The notes below the pieces were generated by a model, which did no database searches, was not told the DNA's origin, and saw nothing but the letters and a program-made list of their open reading frames with translations. This document shows, one piece after another, positions 40,532 to 49,985 of a stretch of DNA of 64,000 nt. Both the position numbers and the translations under genes were made by a program. Origin of the DNA: a bacterium (GTDB lineage: Bacteria > Fidelibacterota > Fidelibacteria > Fidelibacterales > Fidelibacteraceae); assembly GCA_963676395.1 (NCBI GenBank), contig OY781066.1, positions 1,024,001-1,088,000 of the forward strand, given 5' to 3'. The first letter of the stretch is position 1. Each line of letters opens with the position of its first letter.

Positions 40532-41866
40532 TTATTTTACTTGCATAGTTAATTGTACCCCTTCGGATCGAATCAGAATTCCAATGATCACTTTTTCAAA
40601 TTGATATTCATAAACCAAATCCAAAAACATGCCTTCGTTATATCCGGCTTTGCGAATGGAATAACTCGAGCAACTTAAGGGGCGTAAATAATAAAGATCA
40701 CTTTTTGCTCCTGCACTTTGACTAACCTGAACCAACAATTTATTTCTGCTATTTACATATGAAACACGACAAAAAGCAGTGTAAGAATAAACATCAAACA
40801 CATTATTTTGTATCTGGACAGCTAATTTAATTTTTTTACTAACCTTTGCTTTAATTCCAAATTTTAATATGATCTGTTGACGATATTGCCACTGCAATAA
40901 ATAGGGAAAATCATCAGAATTGCTTAACTCGGCACGGTATCTGTAATTGCATGCGACACTCATATTGATCTTTTTGTATCGTGCAGATAAATCAACCAGA
41001 ATTTTATCTTCACTTACTCTTTCACCATAAACTCTGGTCGCTGACATTCTTAGTTTTACACGAGTTTTCTCACAAGATATTCCCGCAGACAATCCGTATC
41101 CTCCCGCTTTTAATGCCGAACCCCACTTGCTATCACTTTTTAATGCTTTAAAATTCTTTCCCAGATACACTGAAGATAAGTATAGCTTTACCTTCCTTTC
41201 ACGATAAAATAAATCACTCATCAGGTGGTTCACTCCAAACTCGCTCAACGAAAGATCGATCCCTAAGCGACAATTCTTTTTAGCATACTGAAAATAACTT
41301 TCGATGGTACAGGTATCTAAAAAATATATAAATGTACCGGCATTTATATTATTGTGATCATAATTAATTCCACTTACATATCGATCGTCCCAACGAAAAA
41401 AACTCAAACTAAGATCTCGATAGCAGCCTCTTATAACAACTATATCCTTATGATAAAAATTATTTTGTATTCTGCATTTTGCTTTGTACAAACCAACATT
41501 TGTTGTCGGATCTGCCGTAAAACCCATCATTGTATTTCCAAGCAAAACCCCACAAGCAATATGTGGCAATCCATGTCCACGCATAATCGAAAAATATTTT
41601 CCTTCGTATGCAAACGAACAACAGTGCTTAATACCACTCCCATCTCCCTCACTTAATTGATAAAGATCAAAATGTCCCCGACTAATGTGGGCTTTTGCAC
41701 GGTATAGCAGCTGTTCTCCCATCGTTAAACGACAACTTAACTGTCCCATATCTTCTGTTTCTTGAAAAAACTGCTTTGATAATAATTCCGGGTATAAATC
41801 ATTCTGTGCATTTGCAAACCAAAAAACCGGAAGCAGGTAAAGTATTCTCCAATACTTAAAGAACAT
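40532..41866 (-). CDS. Hypothetical exported beta-strand-rich protein, resembling the barrel part of FCB 'helix-hairpin-helix/ComEA-like' outer-membrane proteins
   Basis: Start at MFFKYWRIL (signal-like, overlaps the upstream stop). Amphipathic strands. The segment G..PH.ACGVLLG recalls the GDY...GQGL.L motif of that family (from memory). No HhH motif seen. Confidence 0.55.
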   Translation of the reverse strand: MFFKYWRILYLLPVFWFANAQNDLYPELLSKQFFQETEDMGQLSCRLTMGEQLLYRAKAHISRGHFDLYQLSEGDGSGIKHCCSFAYEGKYFSIMRGHGLPHIACGVLLGNTMMGFTADPTTNVGLYKAKCRIQNNFYHKDIVVIRGCYRDLSLSFFRWDDRYVSGINYDHNNINAGTFIYFLDTCTIESYFQYAKKNCRLGIDLSLSEFGVNHLMSDLFYRERKVKLYLSSVYLGKNFKALKSDSKWGSALKAGGYGLSAGISCEKTRVKLRMSATRVYGERVSEDKILVDLSARYKKINMSVACNYRYRAELSNSDDFPYLLQWQYRQQIILKFGIKAKVSKKIKLAVQIQNNVFDVYSYTAFCRVSYVNSRNKLLVQVSQSAGAKSDLYYLRPLSCSSYSIRKAGYNEGMFLDLVYEYQFEKVIIGILIRSEGVQLTMQVK

Positions 41867-42629
41867 AAGCCAATACCAGTTTTTCACCAAAACCAAGATA
41901 CGAATGCTCTGTGAATTCCAGCAATAAACACCATGATCGTATTTTAAGCTGACAATTGACACATAATTGGGTGGAGTGTAATCTATATTTTGCCGCGCAA
42001 GAAAAGCAATCAAAAGGTTTGTAGCTTAGACCGATTCCGGGATCCCAGGCCAAAGATCTATACTTGTTAACATCCAAACTTAACTTTAATTTGGGAAACA
42101 GATCCACAGAAGCATAGGCGCCGATCCTTGCATCGTTTATATAAATGGCGCTGTCAGTGGGGAAACTTAAAAAATCATAGGTATAAATCCCGATCTTCCA
42201 GTGTTCTTGGGGCATTATTTCTAAAGCCGATGAAACAGAGCCTTGATGTTTGTAATCTATACCATATAAAAATGAACACGTGTAATGAACGTGAATACCG
42301 GCATAAACTTGCTTTTCATGTAAAACCGGAAAACCCAAAGTTATTTTATGGTTTGACATCAGGGGATGAATTTGACTTTTTATTGAAACATCCAGTCCCG
42401 TCCATCCGGCATAAATTAGTGCTTCGTGAACATCATATCCGTGATATACCGGCGACCAAAGTGTAACAACTGCAAAAGAATCTGGATACAAACATGGACT
42501 TTCTGGCAGGCTCAGAATATCATCGTTCCCACCTAAGTGCATATCATTTGAGATATTCCAGGAAACGGCAAAAATAAACACAACCTGTACTAAGCACAGA
42601 ATGAAATATGTCAGTTTCGTCCCGCTCAT
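41856..42629 (-). CDS. Hypothetical exported protein, probable outer-membrane beta-barrel
   Basis: Signal peptide (MSGTKLTYFILCLVQVVFIFA), amphipathic strands, C-terminal H.YLG......Y pattern. Confidence 0.6.
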   Translation of the reverse strand: MSGTKLTYFILCLVQVVFIFAVSWNISNDMHLGGNDDILSLPESPCLYPDSFAVVTLWSPVYHGYDVHEALIYAGWTGLDVSIKSQIHPLMSNHKITLGFPVLHEKQVYAGIHVHYTCSFLYGIDYKHQGSVSSALEIMPQEHWKIGIYTYDFLSFPTDSAIYINDARIGAYASVDLFPKLKLSLDVNKYRSLAWDPGIGLSYKPFDCFSCAAKYRLHSTQLCVNCQLKIRSWCLLLEFTEHSYLGFGEKLVLAYVL

Positions 42630-42636
42630 TTCAAGC

Positions 42637-42665
42637 AAATTACGTTTTGTAAGGCTTCAAGTCAA
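42637..42665 (-). promoter_or_regulatory. Sigma70-type promoter, leaderless
   Basis: Minus strand TTGACT-17 nt-TAATTT-7 nt-ATG(42629). Confidence 0.65.
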
Positions 42666-42677
42666 TGGCTTAAATTG

Positions 42678-42699
42678 AAGTGTGACCTGCATCACATTT
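42678..42699 (-). promoter_or_regulatory. CRP/FNR-family-type binding site, second copy
   Basis: Plus strand AAG-TGTGA-CCTGCA-TCACA-TTT. The 16-bp core is identical to 23994-24009. Confidence 0.75.
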
Positions 42700-42743
42700 C
42701 ATAATTAAGAATTGTATGCCCATATGAATTGAGAATTTAACTT

Positions 42744-44453
42744 CTATTTTCGTCTCTTGGACTTTGGCTCTTGTCGTTTACGCTCGCCTTGCGGTCGGTG
42801 CCACATCATCATGCCGAATTGTTTAAGCTTTTCTTTGGCTGTGCGAGGAACATACACTTCTTCCCCGGTGAGAGGATGAAAACCGGTGTAATACATAGCG
42901 GTAGCAATGGTCATGGGTGTTGGATAAAAGTCAGCTGCCTGTTGCAATTTATGTCCCGACCCCTGTAGTTGTTTTTTTAACACAATCATATCTTCATCGG
43001 TACAGCCGGGATGTCCCGATATAAAATAGGGAACGATGTATTGTTGTTTCCCTGCCCTTCGGGAGAACAGGCGGAACTTCTCCAGAAAACGTAAATAGAC
43101 CTTACCCGAAGGCTTATTCATCATCCGAGTAACATTATCCGTCAAATGCTCGGGAGCTATTTTTAAGTGACCACCCGTATAGGTCGTAACCATTTTTTCC
43201 ATTGATCTTTCATCTTTCAGGGCAAGATCATGGCGCAAACCCGAGGCAATATACACATGCTTTATTCCCTTTACCTCAGAAGCCTCTTTCAATAATCTCA
43301 CATAAGCTTCCTGGTCTTTTACCACCAAGTTATCACAGACCTCAGGAAAAAGACAATTCATCTCTTTACAACCGCCGATCTTACAATGAATCCCATACAT
43401 ATTGGCCGTTGGGCCGCCTATATCCGTGATCGTACCCTTAAACGAAGGATCATTCGACATTAATTTTACCTGCTCGATCACCGATCTTTTGGAACGACTT
43501 TGAATGCGCGGACCCTGGTGAAAGGTAATAGCGCAAAAGGAGCAATTTCCAAAACATCCTCGATGTGCCGTGATTGAATCTTTTATTTGATCAAATGCAG
43601 GGATCTTTATTTTGTATTTTGGATGGGGGCTTCGTGTGTATGGCAAAGCGTACAGCTCATCCATTTGTTTCGTACTCATAGGCTTTGCCGGCGCATTAAT
43701 CTTTAGCAACTGATCTCCGTGGCGTTGATATAGATCCTTTGCATAGGGAAACACTCTGTTTTCGTAATGCAACTTGGTCATGCGATTAAAAGCCTGCTTA
43801 TCTTTTTGCACAGTCTCAAAGGATGGCAGTTCAATACCCTCTTCCTTTTGATCCACGCGAACAACCGTTCCGAAAACATTCTGAATATCTCGAATCGCTT
43901 CACCGTCTTTTAATCTTGCCACAACATCTATAATAGCTTGCTCACCCATTCCATACACAAGCAGGTCTGCTTTGGAATCTATCAATATCGATCTTCGAAC
44001 TTTATCGGTCCAATAATCATAGTGAGCCATGCGCCGAAGGCTGGCCTCAACACCACCTAAAATTACCGGTACATCTTTATAGGCCGAGCGGATAAGATTT
44101 GTATAGACAATTGTTGCCCTATTTGGACGTTTTCCGGCTACTCCTCCGGGCGTATAGCTGTCCTCTGAACGCTTTTTATGATTAACGGTATAATGTGAAA
44201 CCATTGAATCGATATTCCCTGCGGTGACGGCAAAACAAAGGCGAGGCATCCCTAAAACCATAACACTTTCTTTATTCTGCCAATCCGGTTGATCAATGAT
44301 CCCGACCCTATAACCCTCGTTTTCCAAAACACGCGCAATAATAGCAGCGCCAAAAGAGGGATGATCAACAAAAGCATCACCCGATACGATAATTACATCG
44401 CAGTGAGACCAACCCAATTTTAGCATTTCGTTTTTTGTAGTAGGGAAAATCAT
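42744..44453 (-). CDS. ygiQ: YgiQ/UPF0313 radical SAM protein
   Basis: GDAFVDHPSFG, AGNIDSMV.HYT, GGVEASLRR.AHYDYW, RGCFGNCSFCAI..HQG, APEH, FYPTPMT. Start set at MIFPTT. Confidence 0.92.
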   Translation of the reverse strand: MIFPTTKNEMLKLGWSHCDVIIVSGDAFVDHPSFGAAIIARVLENEGYRVGIIDQPDWQNKESVMVLGMPRLCFAVTAGNIDSMVSHYTVNHKKRSEDSYTPGGVAGKRPNRATIVYTNLIRSAYKDVPVILGGVEASLRRMAHYDYWTDKVRRSILIDSKADLLVYGMGEQAIIDVVARLKDGEAIRDIQNVFGTVVRVDQKEEGIELPSFETVQKDKQAFNRMTKLHYENRVFPYAKDLYQRHGDQLLKINAPAKPMSTKQMDELYALPYTRSPHPKYKIKIPAFDQIKDSITAHRGCFGNCSFCAITFHQGPRIQSRSKRSVIEQVKLMSNDPSFKGTITDIGGPTANMYGIHCKIGGCKEMNCLFPEVCDNLVVKDQEAYVRLLKEASEVKGIKHVYIASGLRHDLALKDERSMEKMVTTYTGGHLKIAPEHLTDNVTRMMNKPSGKVYLRFLEKFRLFSRRAGKQQYIVPYFISGHPGCTDEDMIVLKKQLQGSGHKLQQAADFYPTPMTIATAMYYTGFHPLTGEEVYVPRTAKEKLKQFGMMMWHRPQGERKRQEPKSKRRK

Positions 44454-44512
44454 GCTGTAATCTAATTGATAATAAACAAAGGACAAAGGACAATTAAGAA
44501 GCAAGGAGATAC

Positions 44513-44536
44513 AAAAAAGGGTGAATTTCTTCACCC
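44513..44536 (-). terminator. cysS terminator
   Basis: Minus strand GGGTGAA-gaaa-TTCACCC-TTTTTT. Confidence 0.85.
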
Positions 44537-44562
44537 AATCACTCAATAGTTATTAAAATAAA

Positions 44563-45975
44563 TCAGTTTTTAATTTTAAATCCCGTACCATCTTTACGAT
44601 CTACTAACTCAATACCCATGGCATCAAGTTCATCACGGATGGCATCGGCTTTTGCCCAATCTTTATTGGCTCTGGCCTGTTTACGTTCTTCGATCTTTTG
44701 CATGATAAACGCTTCATCAACACCGGCCTCTTTTTCCTCACGAAAAAAAATCACGCCTAACACACTGTCGATTTTCATTAACACTTCACGAATAGCTTCA
44801 GCATCTGCTTGTGTGTATGGGGTATCACGATGAATACGATTTAGTGCACGAACACCATCAAATACCGTACCGAGAGCTCCGGAAATGTTCAAATCATCAT
44901 CCATGGCATTTTCAAAATCTTTCAGCATTTTATCCAATGCCATAGCGATTTCAGCATTCGGCGTGCCGCTTTTAGCCTGATCAAGCTCAAACAAGAGATC
45001 TTCAAAACGTTTGAGCGTTGCCGTTGAAGCTTCAAGCATATCAAGATTAAAATTTAGTTTTTGACGATAATGCGTAGTCAGTAAAGTATAGCGAATAGCG
45101 GCAGGAGAATACCCTTTTTCAAGCAAACCGTCAATGTACATAATATTGCCCAAGGACTTACTCATTTTGGTATTATCCCAAAGCAAGTGCTCACAATGCA
45201 ACCAGTAATTTACAAAAGGCTGGCCGGTTGCACCTTCGCTCTGCGCAATTTCATTTTCGTGATGAGGAAATAAATTGTCCACTCCGCCGGTATGAATATC
45301 AAAAGTTTTACCGAGATACTTCATGGACATAGCCGAGCACTCAATATGCCAACCGGGACGACCTTTACCCAACTGAGTATCCCAAGCCACATTGCCATCT
45401 TCAGGTTTGTATGCTTTCCAAAGTGCAAAATCATTAGCAGATTCCTTTTCGTATTCATCGGAATCCACACGGCCACCGGTGCGCATTTGGCCCATATCAA
45501 GTCGCTGCAATTTTCCATAATTTTTAAATGCGGCAATCTTAAAAAAGATATTCCCATCTTCCACCTGATAAGCCAAGCCTTTATCAAGAAGGGTTTGAAC
45601 CAGATCTACCATTTCGGGAATATGGTCCGTAGCCGCGGGATATATTTCAGCACCTTCAATATTTAATTTTTTGAGATCAGCAAAAAATGCCTGTTTATAT
45701 GTCTCTGTAAATGCTTTAATTGTTGTTTTCTCTTCAGCAACCTTGCGAATGATCTTATCGTCCACATCAGTAAGATTCATTACCTGAGTGACGTTAAAAC
45801 CCTTAAATTTGAGATAACGTTTTAACAGATCAGCAAACATGAAAGCACGCAAATTGCCGATATGCGGATAATTGTAAACGGTAGGACCGCAATTATAAAT
45901 ACCCACCTTTCCCTCATGCAGGGGTTTAAAATCTTCTTTTCTTCGGCTCATTGTGTTATAAAATTGTAAAGCCAT
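44563..45975 (-). CDS. cysS: Cysteine--tRNA ligase
   Basis: CGPTVY..HIGN, TDVDDK, DFALWK, GRPGWHIECSAM, FPHHENE, KMSKS. Confidence 0.98.
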   Translation of the reverse strand: MALQFYNTMSRRKEDFKPLHEGKVGIYNCGPTVYNYPHIGNLRAFMFADLLKRYLKFKGFNVTQVMNLTDVDDKIIRKVAEEKTTIKAFTETYKQAFFADLKKLNIEGAEIYPAATDHIPEMVDLVQTLLDKGLAYQVEDGNIFFKIAAFKNYGKLQRLDMGQMRTGGRVDSDEYEKESANDFALWKAYKPEDGNVAWDTQLGKGRPGWHIECSAMSMKYLGKTFDIHTGGVDNLFPHHENEIAQSEGATGQPFVNYWLHCEHLLWDNTKMSKSLGNIMYIDGLLEKGYSPAAIRYTLLTTHYRQKLNFNLDMLEASTATLKRFEDLLFELDQAKSGTPNAEIAMALDKMLKDFENAMDDDLNISGALGTVFDGVRALNRIHRDTPYTQADAEAIREVLMKIDSVLGVIFFREEKEAGVDEAFIMQKIEERKQARANKDWAKADAIRDELDAMGIELVDRKDGTGFKIKN

Positions 45976-46026
45976 GTTTCTCCTCTAATAATTCAAAAAG
46001 ATACAAATTTTATGTACCTGCATATT

Positions 46027-47019
46027 CTATTTATTAATTAATGCATCGTTTATGATCATCATCAACAACTCAGGGAAAGAGATCCCCAATGCCTTGGCTG
46101 ATTTTGGCACCAAACTCGATGCTGTCATACCCGGCAAGGTATTTGCTTCCAACAAATAGATATCACCTTCAGGAGTCATTCTAAAATCGACTCGCGCGTA
46201 ATTTTTCAAGCCAAGAATATTATATACCACAACCGCGTTTTCCTGCATCCGCAAGGTATCTTCGGGAGATAAATTGGCCGGAACATTATATTCCGTTTTA
46301 TCCCCCATATATTTTGCTTTATAATCATTCACGCCATGAGGGTTTACCTCGATGATCGGATAGGCCTCACCTTTAATCACTGGCACATTGTATTCTTTAC
46401 CCGGAATAAATGACTCAATAATAACTTCTTTACTATATTTTAAAGCCTCTTTTGTTGACTCAAATATATCTTCTTTTGTCTGTAGAATGCTTAAGCCCAC
46501 GGAAGACCCGGCATCGTTTGGTTTAATCACAAGAGGGAATTCCACTTTTTCGGGACGATGAACAGCCTCGCGATGGATCTCTTCTTTCGCACATTTTACT
46601 CCAACACTTCTTGCCAATATTTTTGTTTTAAGTTTATCCATAGCAATTGCAGATGCTTCAAAGCCTGAACCTGTATACGGGATTCCCGCCATCTCAAGAA
46701 TTGCAGAGATCACACCATTCTCTCCGTTTCCGCCATGAAGAGCATTAAAAACAATATCGACTTTTTCTTCTTTTAGAAAAGCGCTCAACTCAATAAAAGG
46801 CTGGTCGCTTAAATTTACCATAGCCTCAAAATCCATGTCCTTCATTGAAAAGTTTTCAAGCTCATTCAAAAACTGATCCATTTTTTCCAAAGGTGTTGAT
46901 GGATCCAAGTATAACACTTCGTGACCTAATTCTTGTAAAGCCTTGCCAATAGCCGAACCGCTGGCCATAGAAACAATTCGTTCGGGAGACGCACCCCCAA
47001 GGAGAACACAGATCTTCAT
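46027..47019 (-). CDS. ddl: D-alanine--D-alanine ligase
   Basis: GG.SPER.VS, ALHGG.GE.G, MDK, KP...GSSVG, DY.AKY, RVDF, EANTLPG. Confidence 0.95.
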   Translation of the reverse strand: MKICVLLGGASPERIVSMASGSAIGKALQELGHEVLYLDPSTPLEKMDQFLNELENFSMKDMDFEAMVNLSDQPFIELSAFLKEEKVDIVFNALHGGNGENGVISAILEMAGIPYTGSGFEASAIAMDKLKTKILARSVGVKCAKEEIHREAVHRPEKVEFPLVIKPNDAGSSVGLSILQTKEDIFESTKEALKYSKEVIIESFIPGKEYNVPVIKGEAYPIIEVNPHGVNDYKAKYMGDKTEYNVPANLSPEDTLRMQENAVVVYNILGLKNYARVDFRMTPEGDIYLLEANTLPGMTASSLVPKSAKALGISFPELLMMIINDALINK

Positions 47020-47576
47020 TAGTCTTTATCCCTTAGCATTATTATTCTGTTAACAGCATCCTGCAAGTTGCTGACATAAGTAAATGGAATACGCTCTCGA
47101 GCAAGCGCTTCTCTGGTGATCGGTCCCCAACCTTGTGAAACTAAAAAGAAGGGTATATTTAAAAATTTTGCAACCAACGCATCGGAATGGCTGTCTCCAA
47201 CATAAACCGCTTCTTTCATATTTACACCATGTTCACGGATGGCTTTCATGAACATACCCGGATTAGGTTTTCGGTTAGGACAACGTTGCTCTGCCCGGTG
47301 TGGACAAAAATACCAATCTTTGATCTTCCCTCCGGCAGACTCGGAATGTGCAACAATATGTTCAAAAATTTCTTCGGCATCCTCATATTTTATCAGGCCT
47401 TTCCCTACACATGCTTGATTCGATACAACAAAAATATCTATACCCGCATCGCTAAGTTGCTTTATAGCATCAGGCACATCCGTATGCATTCGGATTTCAA
47501 AAACCGAAAGCACATAAGTTGGATCATCAACATTAAGAACACCATCTCTGTCTAAAAATACCGTTGATATTTTCAT
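47019..47576 (-). CDS. gmhB: HAD-IIIA phosphatase, GmhB/HisB-N-like
   Basis: FLDRDGVLN, VSNQ, CPH.....C..RKP.PGM, VGD..SD. Confidence 0.8.
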   Translation of the reverse strand: MKISTVFLDRDGVLNVDDPTYVLSVFEIRMHTDVPDAIKQLSDAGIDIFVVSNQACVGKGLIKYEDAEEIFEHIVAHSESAGGKIKDWYFCPHRAEQRCPNRKPNPGMFMKAIREHGVNMKEAVYVGDSHSDALVAKFLNIPFFLVSQGWGPITREALARERIPFTYVSNLQDAVNRIIMLRDKD

Positions 47577-47759
47577 GATTGAAATTTATTGTAAATAAAG
47601 ATTTAAACAAAATAAAATCGTAAGTCCTAATTTACCTCACACAATGGTATGAAGTAAGCCCGGAACAAAACTAAATTTTATAACGTAATGTGAAAACAAT
47701 TGCGTATTTAAGAACAAATGCAGATATTTATTTGAATGAATAAATGATAGGAAAGAAAA

Positions 47760-47960
47760 ATGAAAGAATTCTTTGCGATTGCGCTAAGTTTATTAATGCT
47801 ATTCAGTTTTGGCATTGAAATCGATTTTGGTGACAACTATAATTTCCCCGATTGGGTTGATTGTATTTTACATCCGCAACGAGAATCTGCCATTGATATG
47901 ACGATCGAGCCACTATACCAATTCAGCAAAACCCATCTGGTGCCTTTGTTTAAACAATAA
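47760..47960 (+). CDS. Small hypothetical exported protein
   Basis: SD-like AGGA and a signal-like N-terminus, 66 aa. Confidence 0.5.
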   Translation: MKEFFAIALSLLMLFSFGIEIDFGDNYNFPDWVDCILHPQRESAIDMTIEPLYQFSKTHLVPLFKQ

Positions 47961-48049
47961 TTGTTAATCTGTGATCAATTGACCGAAAACCTGCAATCAG
48001 CGGGAACGATAATAGTTGAGTTAACATATTAAAAAAACGCGAGGCTTTT

Positions 48050-48565
48050 ATGAAAAAGACATTACTTGCCCTATCCTGCATTGTCGTATTACTTTTATCT
48101 TGTGATTTTCACCCGGATGATACAAATAACATGACCAATGAGGAGCACGCCATTATATCTGCCGTGTTAGATAGTATCAGATACCAATATTCGCCCACAA
48201 ACGTTGATGTTTATGACTTAAGCTCTACAAATACCAATTGCTCTTCATTGAATATTGCCTTCGAAATAGATAGCATTGAAACCGACACCCTGCTTAACAT
48301 CTATTATGACGCCAACAGACTACAATACTATCTTAATAGAGATAAGCTTCCCGATTATATAACTCTAAAAGACAGGGATGAATCAAACCCCTATACAGGT
48401 TATCTCTCCTTTACTCGCCCGGGTATAAGTGAAGACGGTTTAATAGCTGTCGTTGAATATTCTTGCATGGGGGCCCCACTTGCAGGAGCGGGATATGCTG
48501 TTTTACTAGAAAAACATTCGGGCCAATGGCAAATGATCTGGCATAAAATGATGTGGATCTTTTAG
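48050..48565 (+). CDS. Hypothetical lipoprotein
   Basis: Lipobox LLS-C. C-terminal F.RPG.S.DG..A.V......PL.G.G...LL.K..G.W motif. Confidence 0.75.
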   Translation: MKKTLLALSCIVVLLLSCDFHPDDTNNMTNEEHAIISAVLDSIRYQYSPTNVDVYDLSSTNTNCSSLNIAFEIDSIETDTLLNIYYDANRLQYYLNRDKLPDYITLKDRDESNPYTGYLSFTRPGISEDGLIAVVEYSCMGAPLAGAGYAVLLEKHSGQWQMIWHKMMWIF

Positions 48566-48716
48566 ATAGTTGAAAATCGAAGGTTGAAACTAAGTTATAG
48601 CTAAAATAAAAGCGCAGATTACGCCTTTTCTTACCTTAATGATTTATTTTGTATATTATCATATTATTTAATATATTACATAGACAGCAAATAAACATTA
48701 TAACAAAAAGTACAAT

Positions 48717-49064
48717 ATGAAAGCGATTAAAATTTGTTTTTTTGCATTAATGATATTCTGTTTAGGTTCTTGCTCTTGGGAGCCCAATAATTCAAGCTAT
48801 CCCGCCTGGTTATATACCAAAATATTAGCATTGGAAAACGACAGCACCTATTCTTGCGTTGGATCAATCTGGAGATATGAATATGAGGGTGAATATGTGT
48901 TTTATTTTTCTAGCAAATGTGCTGACGGAATGACATATCTATACAATTACGAGGGGAGTATTATCGGCTCAGCAGGTGGATTTACCGGGATACAAACCGG
49001 TGTTATTCTAAATTTTTGGGGGAAGAAAGAAAATGGCGTCAAGATCTGGCCCGATGAAGATTAA
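48717..49064 (+). CDS. Hypothetical lipoprotein (DUF6970-like)
   Basis: Lipobox LGS-C. P.WL..KI, Y.YEG..V.Y....C.D....LY...G......GG.TG. Confidence 0.7.
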   Translation: MKAIKICFFALMIFCLGSCSWEPNNSSYPAWLYTKILALENDSTYSCVGSIWRYEYEGEYVFYFSSKCADGMTYLYNYEGSIIGSAGGFTGIQTGVILNFWGKKENGVKIWPDED

Positions 49065-49112
49065 TCACAACTGTTTATTGCTCAACTTACTAAAATAGGA
49101 AAGGAATCTAAG

Positions 49113-49748
49113 ATGAACTACCAAAAGTTTAAAGGAAAATCCCGTTTCCGTTTAGAATTAGCCATCGTTATTGTTTTGGCTTTAGTCGTGCTACTGGTAT
49201 TTGTTTTTCCGCGCTTCGATAGAGAAAGCAAAATTGAAAAAGAAGCATCTATTGTATTTGTTGAATCCATCGACATCCCTCAAGTTAAATTACAAAAAAT
49301 GAATTTACCAACCCCTAGACCTGTAATCCCAATTATGAGCCCGGAACCGGATCTTGATATTGACAGCGAATATCTTGACAGTCTTTTTAACGTTGACGTA
49401 TATAAAAACACACCGCCACCTCCCCCTTTGGCAGATTATAGCGAAGATACCGTCATCTTTGTCCCATATGACGAGGCGCCGGAAGTTATTGGTTCAATTG
49501 CAGATTATATTGTTTACCCCCAAACAGCCAAAGACGTCGGAATCGAAGGTACTGTAATTGTTCAGGCTTTCATTGATGATAAAGGTATCGTAAAAAATTG
49601 TATTATCATGAAAGGTTTACCCGGCACTGGACTAGATGAGGCAGCCAAAAACGCTATAATGAAAACCAAATGGAAACCGGCTTTGCAGCGTGACCGAAAA
49701 GTTGGTGTGTGGATCGCTATACCGGTGACGTTTAAATTAAATAAGTAA
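49113..49748 (+). CDS. tonB: Energy transducer TonB
   Basis: N-terminal TM helix, Pro-rich linker, TonB_C (YP..A...GIEGTV.VQ.FID..G, LDEAA..A, V.V.I.IPV.F.L). Confidence 0.9.
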   Translation: MNYQKFKGKSRFRLELAIVIVLALVVLLVFVFPRFDRESKIEKEASIVFVESIDIPQVKLQKMNLPTPRPVIPIMSPEPDLDIDSEYLDSLFNVDVYKNTPPPPPLADYSEDTVIFVPYDEAPEVIGSIADYIVYPQTAKDVGIEGTVIVQAFIDDKGIVKNCIIMKGLPGTGLDEAAKNAIMKTKWKPALQRDRKVGVWIAIPVTFKLNK

Positions 49749-49951
49749 TTGATAATACTGTTGGGAACGGTTACTCTTTATTCCATTGAATTTTGTCTGG
49801 AAGACATTTTTATCATCATGTTATAAACCGGTGGATAATGCAAACTGGTTAAAAATGCTCAAAGCCAATACAAAATCCTAGACGAATACACTTTATAAGT
49901 GCATAAGAAATTAATAATGATGTTCTTTAAACAGAATTAAAGGCTATTAAT

Positions 49952-49980
49952 TTGCATTTATTCCATTCCACCCGTATCTT
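49952..49980 (+). promoter_or_regulatory. Sigma70-type promoter of the cotH-like gene, leaderless
   Basis: TTGCAT-17 nt-TATCTT-5 nt-ATG(49986). Confidence 0.6.
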
Positions 49981-49985
49981 TTAAC

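Noticed and set aside
41867..42013. Long ORF-track starts at 42013 (likewise 44546, 14131, 16808, 27497, 10664)
   Set aside because: These extensions overlap neighbouring genes, promoters or terminators. Downstream ATGs fit the family N-termini or signal peptides.
28834..47019. VanH/VanA-like D-Ala-D-Lac resistance (ldhA + ddl)
   Set aside because: The genes are about 16 kb apart, Ddl keeps the omega-loop Tyr (DYKAKY) typical of D-Ala-D-Ala ligases, and no vanX/R/S is present.
47676..47706. dif-like site (minus strand TTACGTTATAA resembles the XerD arm)
   Set aside because: There is no acceptable XerC arm at 6-bp spacing, and the match is compatible with chance in AT-rich DNA.
49794..49853. 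Fragment LSGRHFYHHVINRW resembling a RAYT/IS200 N-terminus
   Set aside because: Too short, and no HUH motif or continuation in other frames.
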